Notes: generated by a model not told the origin, from the letters alone. Numbered from the stretch's first letter, positions 29,069 through 38,700 are shown. The stretch is 64,000 bases of DNA from Candidatus Bathyarchaeota archaeon (GCA_963769425.1 CAVYLP010000003.1:256001-320000); one strand, 5' to 3'. A program made the numbers and translations.

Positions 29069-29626
29069 CGAGAACTGTCAATTTAATATTTGAAACCTTG
29101 GCGAGCGAGCGCACCCGATCCTCATCATGATAGTCTATTAATAAATTTTTAATATAAATGGAGTTCTAAATAAAAAAAGAGGATAGTATTGAATCTTAAT
29201 TCTATTATTTTTCCGACTGTTATCGTAGTTATATGTGTTGCCCTCCACGAATTAGGTCATTTTACAATGGCTAAATACTTTAAAAGATCAGCATGGTTTA
29301 GAGTAGGAAAAGTAAAAGGTATCCCTGCCATCATCACGTCTCATAAAAGAGAATTTGAGATTCATACTTATGTAGATTTGAAAAGGGCATTTAAAGAAGA
29401 GATTAAAATAACTCAAGCAGGTCTTCTAAGTGTAGTTTTACCACTATTCTTAATTTGTCTTTATCCCGCATTCTGGCAATTCTTTTTTATTGTCATCTTA
29501 CTTTTTATGATTTATACTATTTGGGAAATAGAATTTATAATTAATATCGAAGTCGAAAAAATTGAGAAATATAGTCTTTTCTGAATATTTGCATTAAGGC
29601 GAGAACTGTAAATTTAATATTTGAAA
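29069..29626 (+). repeat. 27-bp direct repeat pair (29069..29095 and 29600..29626)
   Basis: CGAGAACTGT(C/A)AATTTAATATTTGAAA, one mismatch. Confidence 0.85.
29189..29584 (+). CDS. Small M50-like membrane zinc-peptidase-type protein
   Basis: TM segment followed by HELGH; later AG plus TM segments. Confidence 0.6.
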   Translation: MNLNSIIFPTVIVVICVALHELGHFTMAKYFKRSAWFRVGKVKGIPAIITSHKREFEIHTYVDLKRAFKEEIKITQAGLLSVVLPLFLICLYPAFWQFFFIVILLFMIYTIWEIEFIINIEVEKIEKYSLF

Positions 29627-29640
29627 TTTAGTACATATTG

Positions 29641-30177
29641 TTAAGCGAATAGTAAGGAAGGGTAGAAATAATAACTCCAATAGTTTATGCCAATTAAAAT
29701 AATGCTTAATATAATTAACATATAGAATGGTTTATGATCATTAAATATTCTAGCCATATAGTTTCTCCATCGCATTTTGAGTTCTGGTTTATTCTTATAT
29801 TTCCCAGTTCTTTGAGAAAACTCAGAGGCCGCTCTTTTTAAAAGATATAGTTGACTAAAATCGTAATTATCTGAATATTTTCCTTTTTTGCTCTCCTCTT
29901 TATTCGCTTCTATAAATCCTTCCCCAGTATATGTTTTAACATACATAACTGCCTCAATAAGGATTGAATAGTATCCTGCTCTGAGTAAAAAATAAGTCAT
30001 ACTTAAAAGAGACATCAATATAAACACAAAGAAGTTAAAATGAAAAGTGCTTATTATATCCCGCGCACCTAAAAGGGCTATTACTGTAGCTACCAAATAG
30101 CCAATATGAGCATGACTTTTTTGAGTAAACAAATTAATTAAAGTTGATCGAGTATTTTCTAATTCGTCCGCTACCAT
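29641..30177 (-). CDS. Hypothetical membrane protein
   Basis: 178 aa, three hydrophobic segments. Confidence 0.6.
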   Translation of the reverse strand: MVADELENTRSTLINLFTQKSHAHIGYLVATVIALLGARDIISTFHFNFFVFILMSLLSMTYFLLRAGYYSILIEAVMYVKTYTGEGFIEANKEESKKGKYSDNYDFSQLYLLKRAASEFSQRTGKYKNKPELKMRWRNYMARIFNDHKPFYMLIILSIILIGINYWSYYFYPSLLFA

Positions 30178-30365
30178 AATGTTTCAAATACAAGTTAATT
30201 ATTAAAAATTATCGGGCATCGGGGTCGAGATATAACATCTCCCAAAGAGTGGCCCCGGCGTCCTCCATTTACTAAAAATGATGCGCGCGCGCCGAGGTGG
30301 CAGCGGCTCTCTGATACAACTCGATCGAGGAGAGTTCCGGGTGGGTGCTCATGAAACTAGGGGGC

Positions 30366-31160
30366 TCACGGCAGCGGTTGGAGCTCGCTCGGGAGTGGCT
30401 CGTGCTCCACCCAGGCCCTGATCATGGCGGCGAAGAGGTCGGGCTTCTCCATCCCCCAGTTGTGCCCGACGCCGGGGGCGACGACGCAGGGCACACCGGG
30501 GTGCTCCCCCCGAATCATGCGCGCCGACTTACTGATCAGCCCCGACTCCATCTCCCCGCAGACGACCAGCAAGCCGGACGCATCGGCTATGCTCGGCAGG
30601 GGGTAGGTCATGCTCTCCACGATCACCTGGGTGTAGAAGTCTGGGGTCATGAGCCTAGTGTCCGCCCTGAACTCGGCCTCGTACTCATCCGGGACGCTGA
30701 GCTGCCTCATGTTGGCGTGCACCATGAAGCCGGTGTTCTGGATGGGGGAGTACAGGAGGATTACCAGCTTCAGTAGGGGAGCCATGAGCCTTACGCTGCC
30801 GCTCGGCGACGTGTTCGTTCCGCTGACGATAACCCTGTCCATTAGCTCAGGGCACGTGCTCAGCAGCTGCAATGCGACCTGGCCGCCCAGGGATAGACCA
30901 ACGACGTGGACACGACCTATGGGGACGATTCCCCTGATTAGATTCGCGACCTCATCGGACGCCTTACTTATACTGATTGGGCCGTCAGCCGGGCTCAGCC
31001 CGTGCCCGGGCAGGTCCGGGACTATGCAGCGGTACCCGGGGAGCCTCTGGACCTGGGGGAGCCACGACCAGCCACTCATGCCACCCCCTGGGATGAGAAC
31101 GATCACCGGCGCATCCGAGGGGCCAGAATCCAAGTAATGTAGCAAGGAAACGCCCATCAC
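30366..31160 (-). CDS. Alpha/beta hydrolase
   Basis: DLPGHG, GLSLGG nucleophile elbow, GVGHNW. Confidence 0.9.
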   Translation of the reverse strand: MMGVSLLHYLDSGPSDAPVIVLIPGGGMSGWSWLPQVQRLPGYRCIVPDLPGHGLSPADGPISISKASDEVANLIRGIVPIGRVHVVGLSLGGQVALQLLSTCPELMDRVIVSGTNTSPSGSVRLMAPLLKLVILLYSPIQNTGFMVHANMRQLSVPDEYEAEFRADTRLMTPDFYTQVIVESMTYPLPSIADASGLLVVCGEMESGLISKSARMIRGEHPGVPCVVAPGVGHNWGMEKPDLFAAMIRAWVEHEPLPSELQPLP

Positions 31161-31164
31161 CCCT

Positions 31165-32085
31165 TTATTTTGGGCCAGATGACTTCGCAGCCTCCTCTTT
31201 GAGCTTCCACTTCGTGTACTCCATGAGGCCGATTATATTTGGGATGGCGGTCCTGCGCCTGCTGTCGTCTTCATCGATGCTGAGGCGGAGGATGGGGTCC
31301 TGCTCCTTTAGTAAGTCCCAGACCCCGTTCAGGTCCATCCCCTCTTTCACGCCACGCTCAACGATCTCGGCCCAAGTCTGCAACTCCCCCCTGTAGAACC
31401 TGAGCTTCTTCACCGCATCGTAGGCGTAGCCGAAGTGGCTGTAGCAGACTATCTCGGGACGGAGGTCGATGAGCTTGTCGAGGGTCTCGATGGCTTTGTC
31501 GGTGTTGAAGGGGGGTGGCGTTATTGGGAAGTTGTTCCCACTCCTCTTGTTGAAGCTCCCCCCGCAGTCCCCAAGGATTATTATCTTGTAGTCGGGCTCC
31601 CAGAAGCTCTGCCCGTGGCTCGCGTGCCCCGGCGTCCAGAGAACCTTGAGTGTCGCCCCCTGTAGATCGAGGACCTCCCCGTCCTTCGACTCCTGGATCT
31701 TCATCGGGTTCAGCCCCTTAACTTCCCCGTACTTCTCGTAGGCGGGGCCGAAGAACTGCTTCGCGGAGGCAGCGAGTCGACTAGGGTCGACTAGGTGCTC
31801 CACCGCCTTCGGGTGGGCGTAGACGTCGGCCTCGGGGTGTGCCTCTATGAGCTTCCACGCGCCACCGCCGTGGTCGAGGTGGATGTGGGTGAGCCCAACA
31901 TAGCGTAGTTGCCTTATCCCCAGCTCGCGAAGCCCCTCGATGGCGCCGGGTATCTGGGTCGTCGGTCCAGGGTCGATGAGCATAGGCTCCTCCCCCTTCA
32001 CCACGTATGTCCCCAGCACCCCCTGGGCACCGTGGTATGGTGAGTCGATGAGGTAGACGGGGCCTAGAATCTGCTGGGTGAGCAT
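31165..32085 (-). CDS. MBL-fold metallohydrolase
   Basis: THIHLDHGGG, TPGHA, GD, SHFG. Confidence 0.9.
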   Translation of the reverse strand: MLTQQILGPVYLIDSPYHGAQGVLGTYVVKGEEPMLIDPGPTTQIPGAIEGLRELGIRQLRYVGLTHIHLDHGGGAWKLIEAHPEADVYAHPKAVEHLVDPSRLAASAKQFFGPAYEKYGEVKGLNPMKIQESKDGEVLDLQGATLKVLWTPGHASHGQSFWEPDYKIIILGDCGGSFNKRSGNNFPITPPPFNTDKAIETLDKLIDLRPEIVCYSHFGYAYDAVKKLRFYRGELQTWAEIVERGVKEGMDLNGVWDLLKEQDPILRLSIDEDDSRRRTAIPNIIGLMEYTKWKLKEEAAKSSGPK

Positions 32086-32110
32086 ACTTCACCCATGCCT
32101 CGTCGCGTTT

Positions 32111-32695
32111 TTAATCCCTTCGAGTGTTGGACCAGGCGAAGGAGTTGACTATGGCGTTTAGGACGATGCTTGCGCCGATTATAATTATGAAGCCAGGGAG
32201 CAGGGCGGAGCCACTTATGGACCCCTGCCCGTATAGCATGATCAAGTATGCTATGGCGAAGTTACCGAGGGCGCTGACCATGTTGCCGATTCCCCTCATC
32301 ACCCGCCCGGAGGCCATCCTTAGCCCACCCTCGAGTATCCCCCAGGCGCCCATGATCACGAAGAAGAGGAAGATGGGCTGCGCCAGGATCAGTGGGAGCA
32401 TGGTAGGGCCCGCGGTCCAGGTGCGGAACCAGGCAACGATCTCGTCCCAGACCCACGGGTACTGGAGGTACACCCACGCGATGGCAATGAGGAAGACGCC
32501 GAACCCGACCCCGTTGAGGTAGTCGGGGCCGCGGTCGAGCCTCTCTACGCGATCCATGCGTCTCTCCCACCTGCGCTCCCACCGGCCCTCGAATGGCGGG
32601 GTGGGGGGAACAGGCTCACCCATCTTGTGCCCGCACCTATCACAGAAAGCGGCGTCGTCGGGAAGCTCCTTACCACACTTCGGGCAGTAGATCAT
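32111..32695 (-). CDS. Zinc-ribbon domain membrane protein
   Basis: YCPKCG..FCDRCG followed by four TM segments. Confidence 0.8.
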   Translation of the reverse strand: MIYCPKCGKELPDDAAFCDRCGHKMGEPVPPTPPFEGRWERRWERRMDRVERLDRGPDYLNGVGFGVFLIAIAWVYLQYPWVWDEIVAWFRTWTAGPTMLPLILAQPIFLFFVIMGAWGILEGGLRMASGRVMRGIGNMVSALGNFAIAYLIMLYGQGSISGSALLPGFIIIIGASIVLNAIVNSFAWSNTRRD

Positions 32696-32796
32696 GCCAA
32701 CCACTGAGATGCGAGGGTTTAGGGAGAGATATAAGGATAGGGAAAACCGTGCCAACCCATTTTAACCCGGCAAACCCACTAACCCCCTGAACAAAG

Positions 32797-33741
32797 ATGC
32801 GCGTAGCCGTCACAGGGGGAGCGGGATACATAGGCTCCACGCTGATAAGGAATCTACTCGCCGAGAGGCACAGTGTCGCCTCCTTAGACAATCAAGCGAA
32901 GGGGGACTACTGCCACCTACGCGACCTTAACGCAAAGAGCCTCACCTTAATCGAGGGGGATATAAGGAACGCCGGTGACCTCGACACGATCCTCAAAGGG
33001 GCCGACGCGGTGGTCCACATGGCGGCACTCTCCGACCTCGACGTCTGCAACGAAGACCCCGAGGAAGCGGTCTCTGTCAACATCTATGGCACCCACAAGG
33101 TGCTAGAAGCCGCCGAGCGAAACGGGGTTCGGAGGCTCATCTTCTGTAGCAGCGCGGCCATCTACGGCGTCCCCTCGAGCCTGCCCGTCACCGAGAGGCA
33201 CGCCCTCCACCCCCTCAACCTCTACGGCGTCACAAAGCTCGCGGGGGAGAAGCTCATCGACGCCCACCACGTGAACCATGGCCTTGAGACCGTCAACCTG
33301 AGGTTCGGAAACGTCTACGGCGTCGGACTCTACACGAGCTGGGTCGGCGTCATCCCCAAGTTCGTCGCCCTCGGCCTGGAGGGAAAGCCGCTCACAGTAT
33401 ACGGGGACGGCGAGAGCACCCGCGACTTCGTCCACGTCGAGGACATATCCAGGGCTATAACGTTGGGCCTGACGAAAGAGGGCATACGCAACGAGACCTT
33501 CAATATCGGCAGCGAGACCACTACGGTGAACAAGATAGCGAGCCTCGTCGCCTCGGAGATCGAGAAGGCCACTGGGAAGCGCCCAGAGGTCACCCACCTC
33601 CCCCCGCGACCCGGGGAGACCAAGGAGTTCAGCTACAACACATCCAAGATAGAGAGAGCCTTAGGATTCAAGCCCAAATGGAGACTCAGGGACGGTGTCA
33701 GGCAGATAATCGAGTACCGGTTGAAGAACCAGAAGCAGTGA
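32797..33741 (+). CDS. NAD-dependent epimerase/dehydratase (GalE-like)
   Basis: TGGAGYIG, YGVTK, RFGNVYG, RDFVHV. Confidence 0.92.
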   Translation: MRVAVTGGAGYIGSTLIRNLLAERHSVASLDNQAKGDYCHLRDLNAKSLTLIEGDIRNAGDLDTILKGADAVVHMAALSDLDVCNEDPEEAVSVNIYGTHKVLEAAERNGVRRLIFCSSAAIYGVPSSLPVTERHALHPLNLYGVTKLAGEKLIDAHHVNHGLETVNLRFGNVYGVGLYTSWVGVIPKFVALGLEGKPLTVYGDGESTRDFVHVEDISRAITLGLTKEGIRNETFNIGSETTTVNKIASLVASEIEKATGKRPEVTHLPPRPGETKEFSYNTSKIERALGFKPKWRLRDGVRQIIEYRLKNQKQ

Positions 33742-33750
33742 CGGCGGGGA

Positions 33751-33981
33751 CTACTCGAGGACCACCATCGTCAGAGTTGACCTGACGTGGTTGAGGCGCC
33801 TAACCTTGCTCGTTATGACGTCCTTGATCTCCTGCATCGTGGGGGCTTCCAGACGGACGACGAAGTCGTAGACCCCATAGACGCCATATACCTCCTTGAC
33901 CTCGGGTATCTCCTTCAGAGCCTTGCTGACATCGGTCCCCTCACCGAGATCAGTGTTGATCAAGACAAATGCAACGCTCAT
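33751..33981 (-). CDS. Stand-alone Lrp/AsnC ligand-binding domain protein
   Basis: AFVLIN..VYGVYD..STLTMVV. Confidence 0.88.
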   Translation of the reverse strand: MSVAFVLINTDLGEGTDVSKALKEIPEVKEVYGVYGVYDFVVRLEAPTMQEIKDVITSKVRRLNHVRSTLTMVVLE

Positions 33982-34388
33982 GGATGAACCTCAAATGATC
34001 CCTCAACGGGAACTGATTTAACATTTTCTAGGGTTGAGACGTGCGGGAACATATTGTAAATACAGTCAGGCTATGATATTGCCATGTTCATGTTTCTAAC
34101 GATATAAAAGTAAGTCAAGACCATCAATCATCCAAAGCACCCTGAACCTAGACCCAATCCGACTGAATTTCCATCAGCCTTCTCCGGTAAGGTTGGTAAG
34201 TATGAATCGGCGCGTTTTTCAAGTCTCCCCCATGATGGTAGCATAGTATAAGCGTTTTACAGAATAGCTTAATGACTCCTCACCGGTCCTTTGCGATGAT
34301 TCATCTGAGATTGAGTTCACCCGTATGGGTATCGACTGGAGAAGTGGAGGTTCGTTGGGTGGAGTAACATGTTTGCTGGTTGGTCGCG

Positions 34389-34742
34389 TATGCCTCGCTG
34401 GTAGGAATAAGGAAAAACATCACTTTTTGCACCTGCCACTAGGAATCGAGACTCGTTACGCTAACCAACAGTTGGTCTGTGGTACACAGTAAGGGGGTAC
34501 AACGGTACCCGGTAGGAGGGTACTTGGTACCATGTAGGAGGGCACCGACGGTACCCAGTAGGGTGGTACCATGGTACCCTGTAGCGTGGAACCGGCGCAC
34601 GGGATCTGTGTAACATGGTACCATGTAGCAGGGAACTCGATACCACGTAGTATGGTATATGGTACCCTGTAGGGTGGTACGGGGGACCCATTAGGGGGGT
34701 ATAAGGTTTTTTCCACGTCTCGGTACCATGTAGCAGGGTACA
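34389..34742. repeat. Array B: about 12 copies of a 20-21 bp motif, mostly GGTACC-nnGTAGnnn-GGTACN
   Basis: Copies start at 34389, 34428, 34481, 34504, 34526, 34550, 34573, 34617, 34639, 34661, 34683, 34722. Confidence 0.92.
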
Positions 34743-35121
34743 GCGTGTTTTACGCCTCCTTTTGCTCTTCCTAGTGAAGATAAATCTTCGTTTGGAGGAG
34801 GACTGCTGAGACATTCAGGCTATGTGCGAGGCGGTCTGGGCCTCCTCTACTGGTGTCGTTCAAGATGGTTCTTTTCGCTCCCATGGCTAGTTGATGCCTT
34901 GCCTTGGGGCATGTAGAAAACTCATGGGATTTGCTCCTGCAGCAGGGAATATTGTGTGTAAGGATGGTGGTGAGCCGCTATGCTGGTATCCTTCTTTCTT
35001 CAGGGTAGGGGGTAGATGGATGGGGTATTCAACATGATTTCAAAGAGGAAACAGAAGCGTATACCGGCGACTTCTAATTTAACCTTGGAAAGTTGACTTT
35101 TACAGGTAAAAATCGGGGATT

Positions 35122-35152
35122 GTTCGTTTAGTGTCGAGAAACAATTCGACAC
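35122..35152 (+). promoter_or_regulatory. Putative operator upstream of the thiolase
   Basis: GTTCGTttagTGTCGAgaaacaatTCGACAC, immediately before a TATA-like TTCTTAA. Confidence 0.5.
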
Positions 35153-35197
35153 AATTCTTAACCCAAACGCCGACGGAGGTCAACCTAGGCGTAGGGC

Positions 35198-36436
35198 TTG
35201 GGTCTGCATAGGGGAGTATCTATAGTCGGCGCGGGGATGACTAGATTTCACAACAGGCTCCACGTCGATAAGACGGGGAGGGAACTGTTCGTTGAGGCTG
35301 CACTCGACGCGGCTGGATCCGTTGACAATGGCTTCAGATTCAGAGACGCTGGAGCTCTCTTTGTCGGCAATTTCACGAGCGACGTCTTCGAGGGGCAGGC
35401 GCACACGGCCGCGGTGATGGCGGATTGGTTGGGCATTAACCCTACACCAGCTTATCGCATTGAGGACGCATGCGCGAGCTCGGGTGCTGCACTCAACCTC
35501 GGAGCCATTACAATCGCATCGGGGATGGCTGACGTCGTCATAGTCGGCGGCGTCGAGAAGATGAGTGGGCTCACCACAGATCAGGTCACGGACGCGCTCG
35601 CCCTCGCGGCTGACTCATCCTTCGAGACCTCCGTCGGCTTCACCTTCCCATCTATATACGCGGCGATAGCCTCGTCATACTTCAAGAAGTACAACGCCAC
35701 CTGGGACCAGCTTGCAGCTGTCACCATCAAAAACCACAAGAACGGTGTCCTCAACCCGAAGGCACAGTTCCAGTCAGACATTATTGCGACAGGAAAGAAG
35801 ATTGGAGAGAAGAGCGGCAGAAAATTTTCAGATGAGATGGAGTTCCTACGCTCGGATCTCAACCCCGTTATCGCCTCCCCGCTGAGGCTATTCGATTGTT
35901 GCCCTGTATCAGACGGCGCCGCCGTTGCGATCTTGGCAGCTGATGAGGTGTCGTGGAAGTATACGGATACGCCGGTTAAAATGATAGGGATGGGGCAGGC
36001 TAGCGACACAATCGCCCTGCACAGTAGGCCTGACTTCACCACCCTCAGGGCAGCCGTAAAAGCTTCAGAGGACGCCTACAAAATGGCGGGGGTTAAACCG
36101 AGGGCAATTCAAGTCGCTGACGTACACGACTGCTTCACCATAGCCGAGGTGGTCGCGACGGAGGACCTAGGATTTTTCCCCAAGGGACAAGGAGGAAAGG
36201 CGGTCGAGGAGGGCAGAACCGCAATAAACGGCGAGCTACCCATTAACCCAGACGGCGGCCTAAAAGCGAAGGGCCACCCCGTCGGCGCGACGGGCGTCGC
36301 CATGGCTCATGAAATGTTCAAGCAGCTACGCGGGCAGGCAGAACAACACCAAGTCAAGGGGGCCGAGTTGGGCCTCATCCACAACGTCGGAGCCGCGGGG
36401 GCGAGCGTCGCCGTCCAGATATACAGGAGGGGATGA
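35198..36436 (+). CDS. Thiolase (archaeal SCP-x-like acetyl-CoA acetyltransferase)
   Basis: EDACASSG, DCCPVSDG, HDCF, GHPVGATG. Confidence 0.93.
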   Translation: MGLHRGVSIVGAGMTRFHNRLHVDKTGRELFVEAALDAAGSVDNGFRFRDAGALFVGNFTSDVFEGQAHTAAVMADWLGINPTPAYRIEDACASSGAALNLGAITIASGMADVVIVGGVEKMSGLTTDQVTDALALAADSSFETSVGFTFPSIYAAIASSYFKKYNATWDQLAAVTIKNHKNGVLNPKAQFQSDIIATGKKIGEKSGRKFSDEMEFLRSDLNPVIASPLRLFDCCPVSDGAAVAILAADEVSWKYTDTPVKMIGMGQASDTIALHSRPDFTTLRAAVKASEDAYKMAGVKPRAIQVADVHDCFTIAEVVATEDLGFFPKGQGGKAVEEGRTAINGELPINPDGGLKAKGHPVGATGVAMAHEMFKQLRGQAEQHQVKGAELGLIHNVGAAGASVAVQIYRRG

Positions 36437-36437
36437 G

Positions 36438-36827
36438 TTGAGCGAGTTCACCACGAAGGAGTTTAACGCATTCGTCGCCCAGGGCAAGCTCATGGGCAAC
36501 AGTTGCAAGACGTGCGGGGAGCTCCACCTTCCACCACGCCGGATATGCTCCAAATGCGGCTCCCAGCAACTTGAGTGGCACGAGTTCAAGGGCAAGGGTA
36601 CCCTTGAAGCGGTGACACTCAACAGGATGCCCTCCACCGCCTTCAAAGAGAGGTGCCCCTACGCAGTAGGAATCGTCAAGCTCGACGAGGGCCCATCAAT
36701 CTCCGGCCTAATGGTGGACAAAAATCCCGAAAAGTTGGCTGTTGGATCCAGAGCCGTCTTCACCGTCGTGAAGGACGGGGAGAAATCAATCCTCGCCTTC
36801 AAGACACTCAGGTCTGCTCGCCCGTGA
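36438..36827 (+). CDS. DUF35 Zn-ribbon/OB-fold protein (thiolase partner)
   Basis: CKTCG..PPRRICSKC..PYAVGIVKL; directly after the thiolase. Confidence 0.88.
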   Translation: MSEFTTKEFNAFVAQGKLMGNSCKTCGELHLPPRRICSKCGSQQLEWHEFKGKGTLEAVTLNRMPSTAFKERCPYAVGIVKLDEGPSISGLMVDKNPEKLAVGSRAVFTVVKDGEKSILAFKTLRSARP

Positions 36828-38646
36828 AGGTGGGTTTCCGCTTCTCCTTGAAGGCTGAGACGCCCTCGCGGAAGTCCTTCGTCTCGAACAGTTTGGAGAA
36901 CTCCCCCGACTCGGCCTCGAGGTCTTCTTCCTCGACGTTTGGGTTCGTGAGCCTCTTCACTGCATCAATCACCGTAGGGGAGGCCGCGACCAGCTTAACC
37001 ACGAACTCGTCGACCTTAGCGTTGAACTCAGCAGCAGGGTAGACCTTGTCCACGAGTCCAATCTGCCTCGCCTCCTCAGCAGTCAGTGCCTCCCCAGTCA
37101 TGATGAGGAGCTTCGCCTTCTGTTTACCTACGAGCTTCGAGAGCATCTGCGTCCCACCCCAGCCTGGGATCACGCCGAGGTTCGCCTCGGGCTGCCCCAG
37201 CTTCGCCTTGTCACTGGCGACCCTGAAGTCGCACCAAGAGGCGAGCTCACATCCGCCGCCGAGGGCGAAGCCGTTTATCGCGGCAACCACCGGTTTCTTC
37301 GCCGCCTTGATCATCTTCATCGCCTTCTTACCCGCCCTCGTATAGACAAGGGCCTGAGCAGGCGTGAGCTTGCTTAACTCATCGATGTCCGCCCCGGCAG
37401 AGAAAGCGCGGTCCCCAGCGCCAGTGATGACGACGCATCGAATTGCCTTATCCGAGCCTGCCCTCTCGACGGCGTCGGCGACGGTGTTCAACATTTCCGT
37501 GGTTATGGAGTTGAGCTTCGAGGGGCGGTTGATCGTGATCTTTAGGACACCGTTCTTCGCCTCCGTGACGACAGGCTTCTCCTCCACAACACCCGCCTCT
37601 AGACGCGCCTTCAGCTCGAAGGGGCCCATCGGGAGATTGGCGCCCAGCTTAACGGCGAGGTCGATCGAGACAGGGTCCGCTATTCCCTCGGAGACGAGCC
37701 TCTCCGCCTCAGCGATGAACGGCTTAAGGAGGGTCGAGGGGTCGAAGCCCGCCGCCTGCTCTTCCCTGACCTCAGGCTTACCGTAGATGTAGAAGCCCTC
37801 CCCAGTCTTCCTGCCGAGCTTCCTCTCCTCGAAGAGCCTCCGGATCGGCTCCGCCGCCCTGTATCCAGCCCCAAGGTTCTCCTCGAAGACCCTGAGTATG
37901 TTATAGGTGATGTCGAGGCCGATGAGGTCTGCGAGCATGAAGGGGCCCATCGGCATCCCCGCCTTGTACTGCATCGCGGCGTCAACCTGCTCCTTAGTGT
38001 AACCCCTCTCGAGGAGCTTCGCCGACTCGTTCAGATAGGTGATGAGGACGCGGTTGACTATGAAGCCGGGGGCGTCCCTGCTGACCACGACGGGGGTCTT
38101 CCCGAGCCTCTCCGCCAGCGCCTTGATCGCCGCTATTGTTTCGGGCCTCGTCTTCGCCCCCGGGATGATCTCTACGAGCTTAAGGATCGTTGGCGGGTTG
38201 AAGAAGTGCATCCCCACGAATCTGCCCGGGTCGGAGACGACCGTCGACATCTCCGTGATGCTGAGGCTGCTAGTGTTCGTCGCTAGGATTGCGTCGCTGC
38301 GCGCGTTCCTGGAGACCTCCCCCCATACACTGTGCTTGACCTCCATCCTCTCCGGCACCGCCTCGACGACGACATCCGCATCCCTGACGGCGTCGGGTAG
38401 GCTGAGAGTCATCCCTATCCGCCCCATAATGGCGGGGACTTCCTCCTGCTTGAGGCGCCCCCTCTCGACGAGTCGAGCGAGGTTCTTCTCAATCCCCGCC
38501 TTAGCGTTGTCTAGGAAGCTCTGCTCCACGTCCCTGATGACGACACTTATCCCGGCCTGTGCCGCGATCTGTGCGATTCCATGCCCCATAACCCCGGCGC
38601 CGAGGACCGCGATCCTGCTGACCCCCTCAGGCTTCATATTAATCAA
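36808..38646 (-). CDS. 3-hydroxyacyl-CoA dehydrogenase / enoyl-CoA hydratase fusion
   Basis: GAGVMG, TNTSSL, GMHFFNP; C-terminal crotonase domain FSAGAD, GGGCEL, PGWGGTQ. Confidence 0.94.
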   Translation of the reverse strand: MINMKPEGVSRIAVLGAGVMGHGIAQIAAQAGISVVIRDVEQSFLDNAKAGIEKNLARLVERGRLKQEEVPAIMGRIGMTLSLPDAVRDADVVVEAVPERMEVKHSVWGEVSRNARSDAILATNTSSLSITEMSTVVSDPGRFVGMHFFNPPTILKLVEIIPGAKTRPETIAAIKALAERLGKTPVVVSRDAPGFIVNRVLITYLNESAKLLERGYTKEQVDAAMQYKAGMPMGPFMLADLIGLDITYNILRVFEENLGAGYRAAEPIRRLFEERKLGRKTGEGFYIYGKPEVREEQAAGFDPSTLLKPFIAEAERLVSEGIADPVSIDLAVKLGANLPMGPFELKARLEAGVVEEKPVVTEAKNGVLKITINRPSKLNSITTEMLNTVADAVERAGSDKAIRCVVITGAGDRAFSAGADIDELSKLTPAQALVYTRAGKKAMKMIKAAKKPVVAAINGFALGGGCELASWCDFRVASDKAKLGQPEANLGVIPGWGGTQMLSKLVGKQKAKLLIMTGEALTAEEARQIGLVDKVYPAAEFNAKVDEFVVKLVAASPTVIDAVKRLTNPNVEEEDLEAESGEFSKLFETKDFREGVSAFKEKRKPTFTGEQT

Positions 38647-38700
38647 GCAGTCTAGGGCTGATCACCTTAAAGCGTTTTCCGGGGACCCGAGGGGCGAAGG

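Larger units (their letters stand above)
27999..30177. other. Low-GC island of small orphan genes
   Basis: Abrupt AT-rich composition against GC-rich flanks; five short ORFs; no integrase seen. Confidence 0.75.

Noticed and set aside
34481-34742. Array B as a CRISPR array or a repeat-protein gene (ORFs 34439-34814)
   Set aside because: No spacers; the 22-24 bp period does not preserve frame, so the YHPTG-like peptides appear in all three overlapping frames as a by-product
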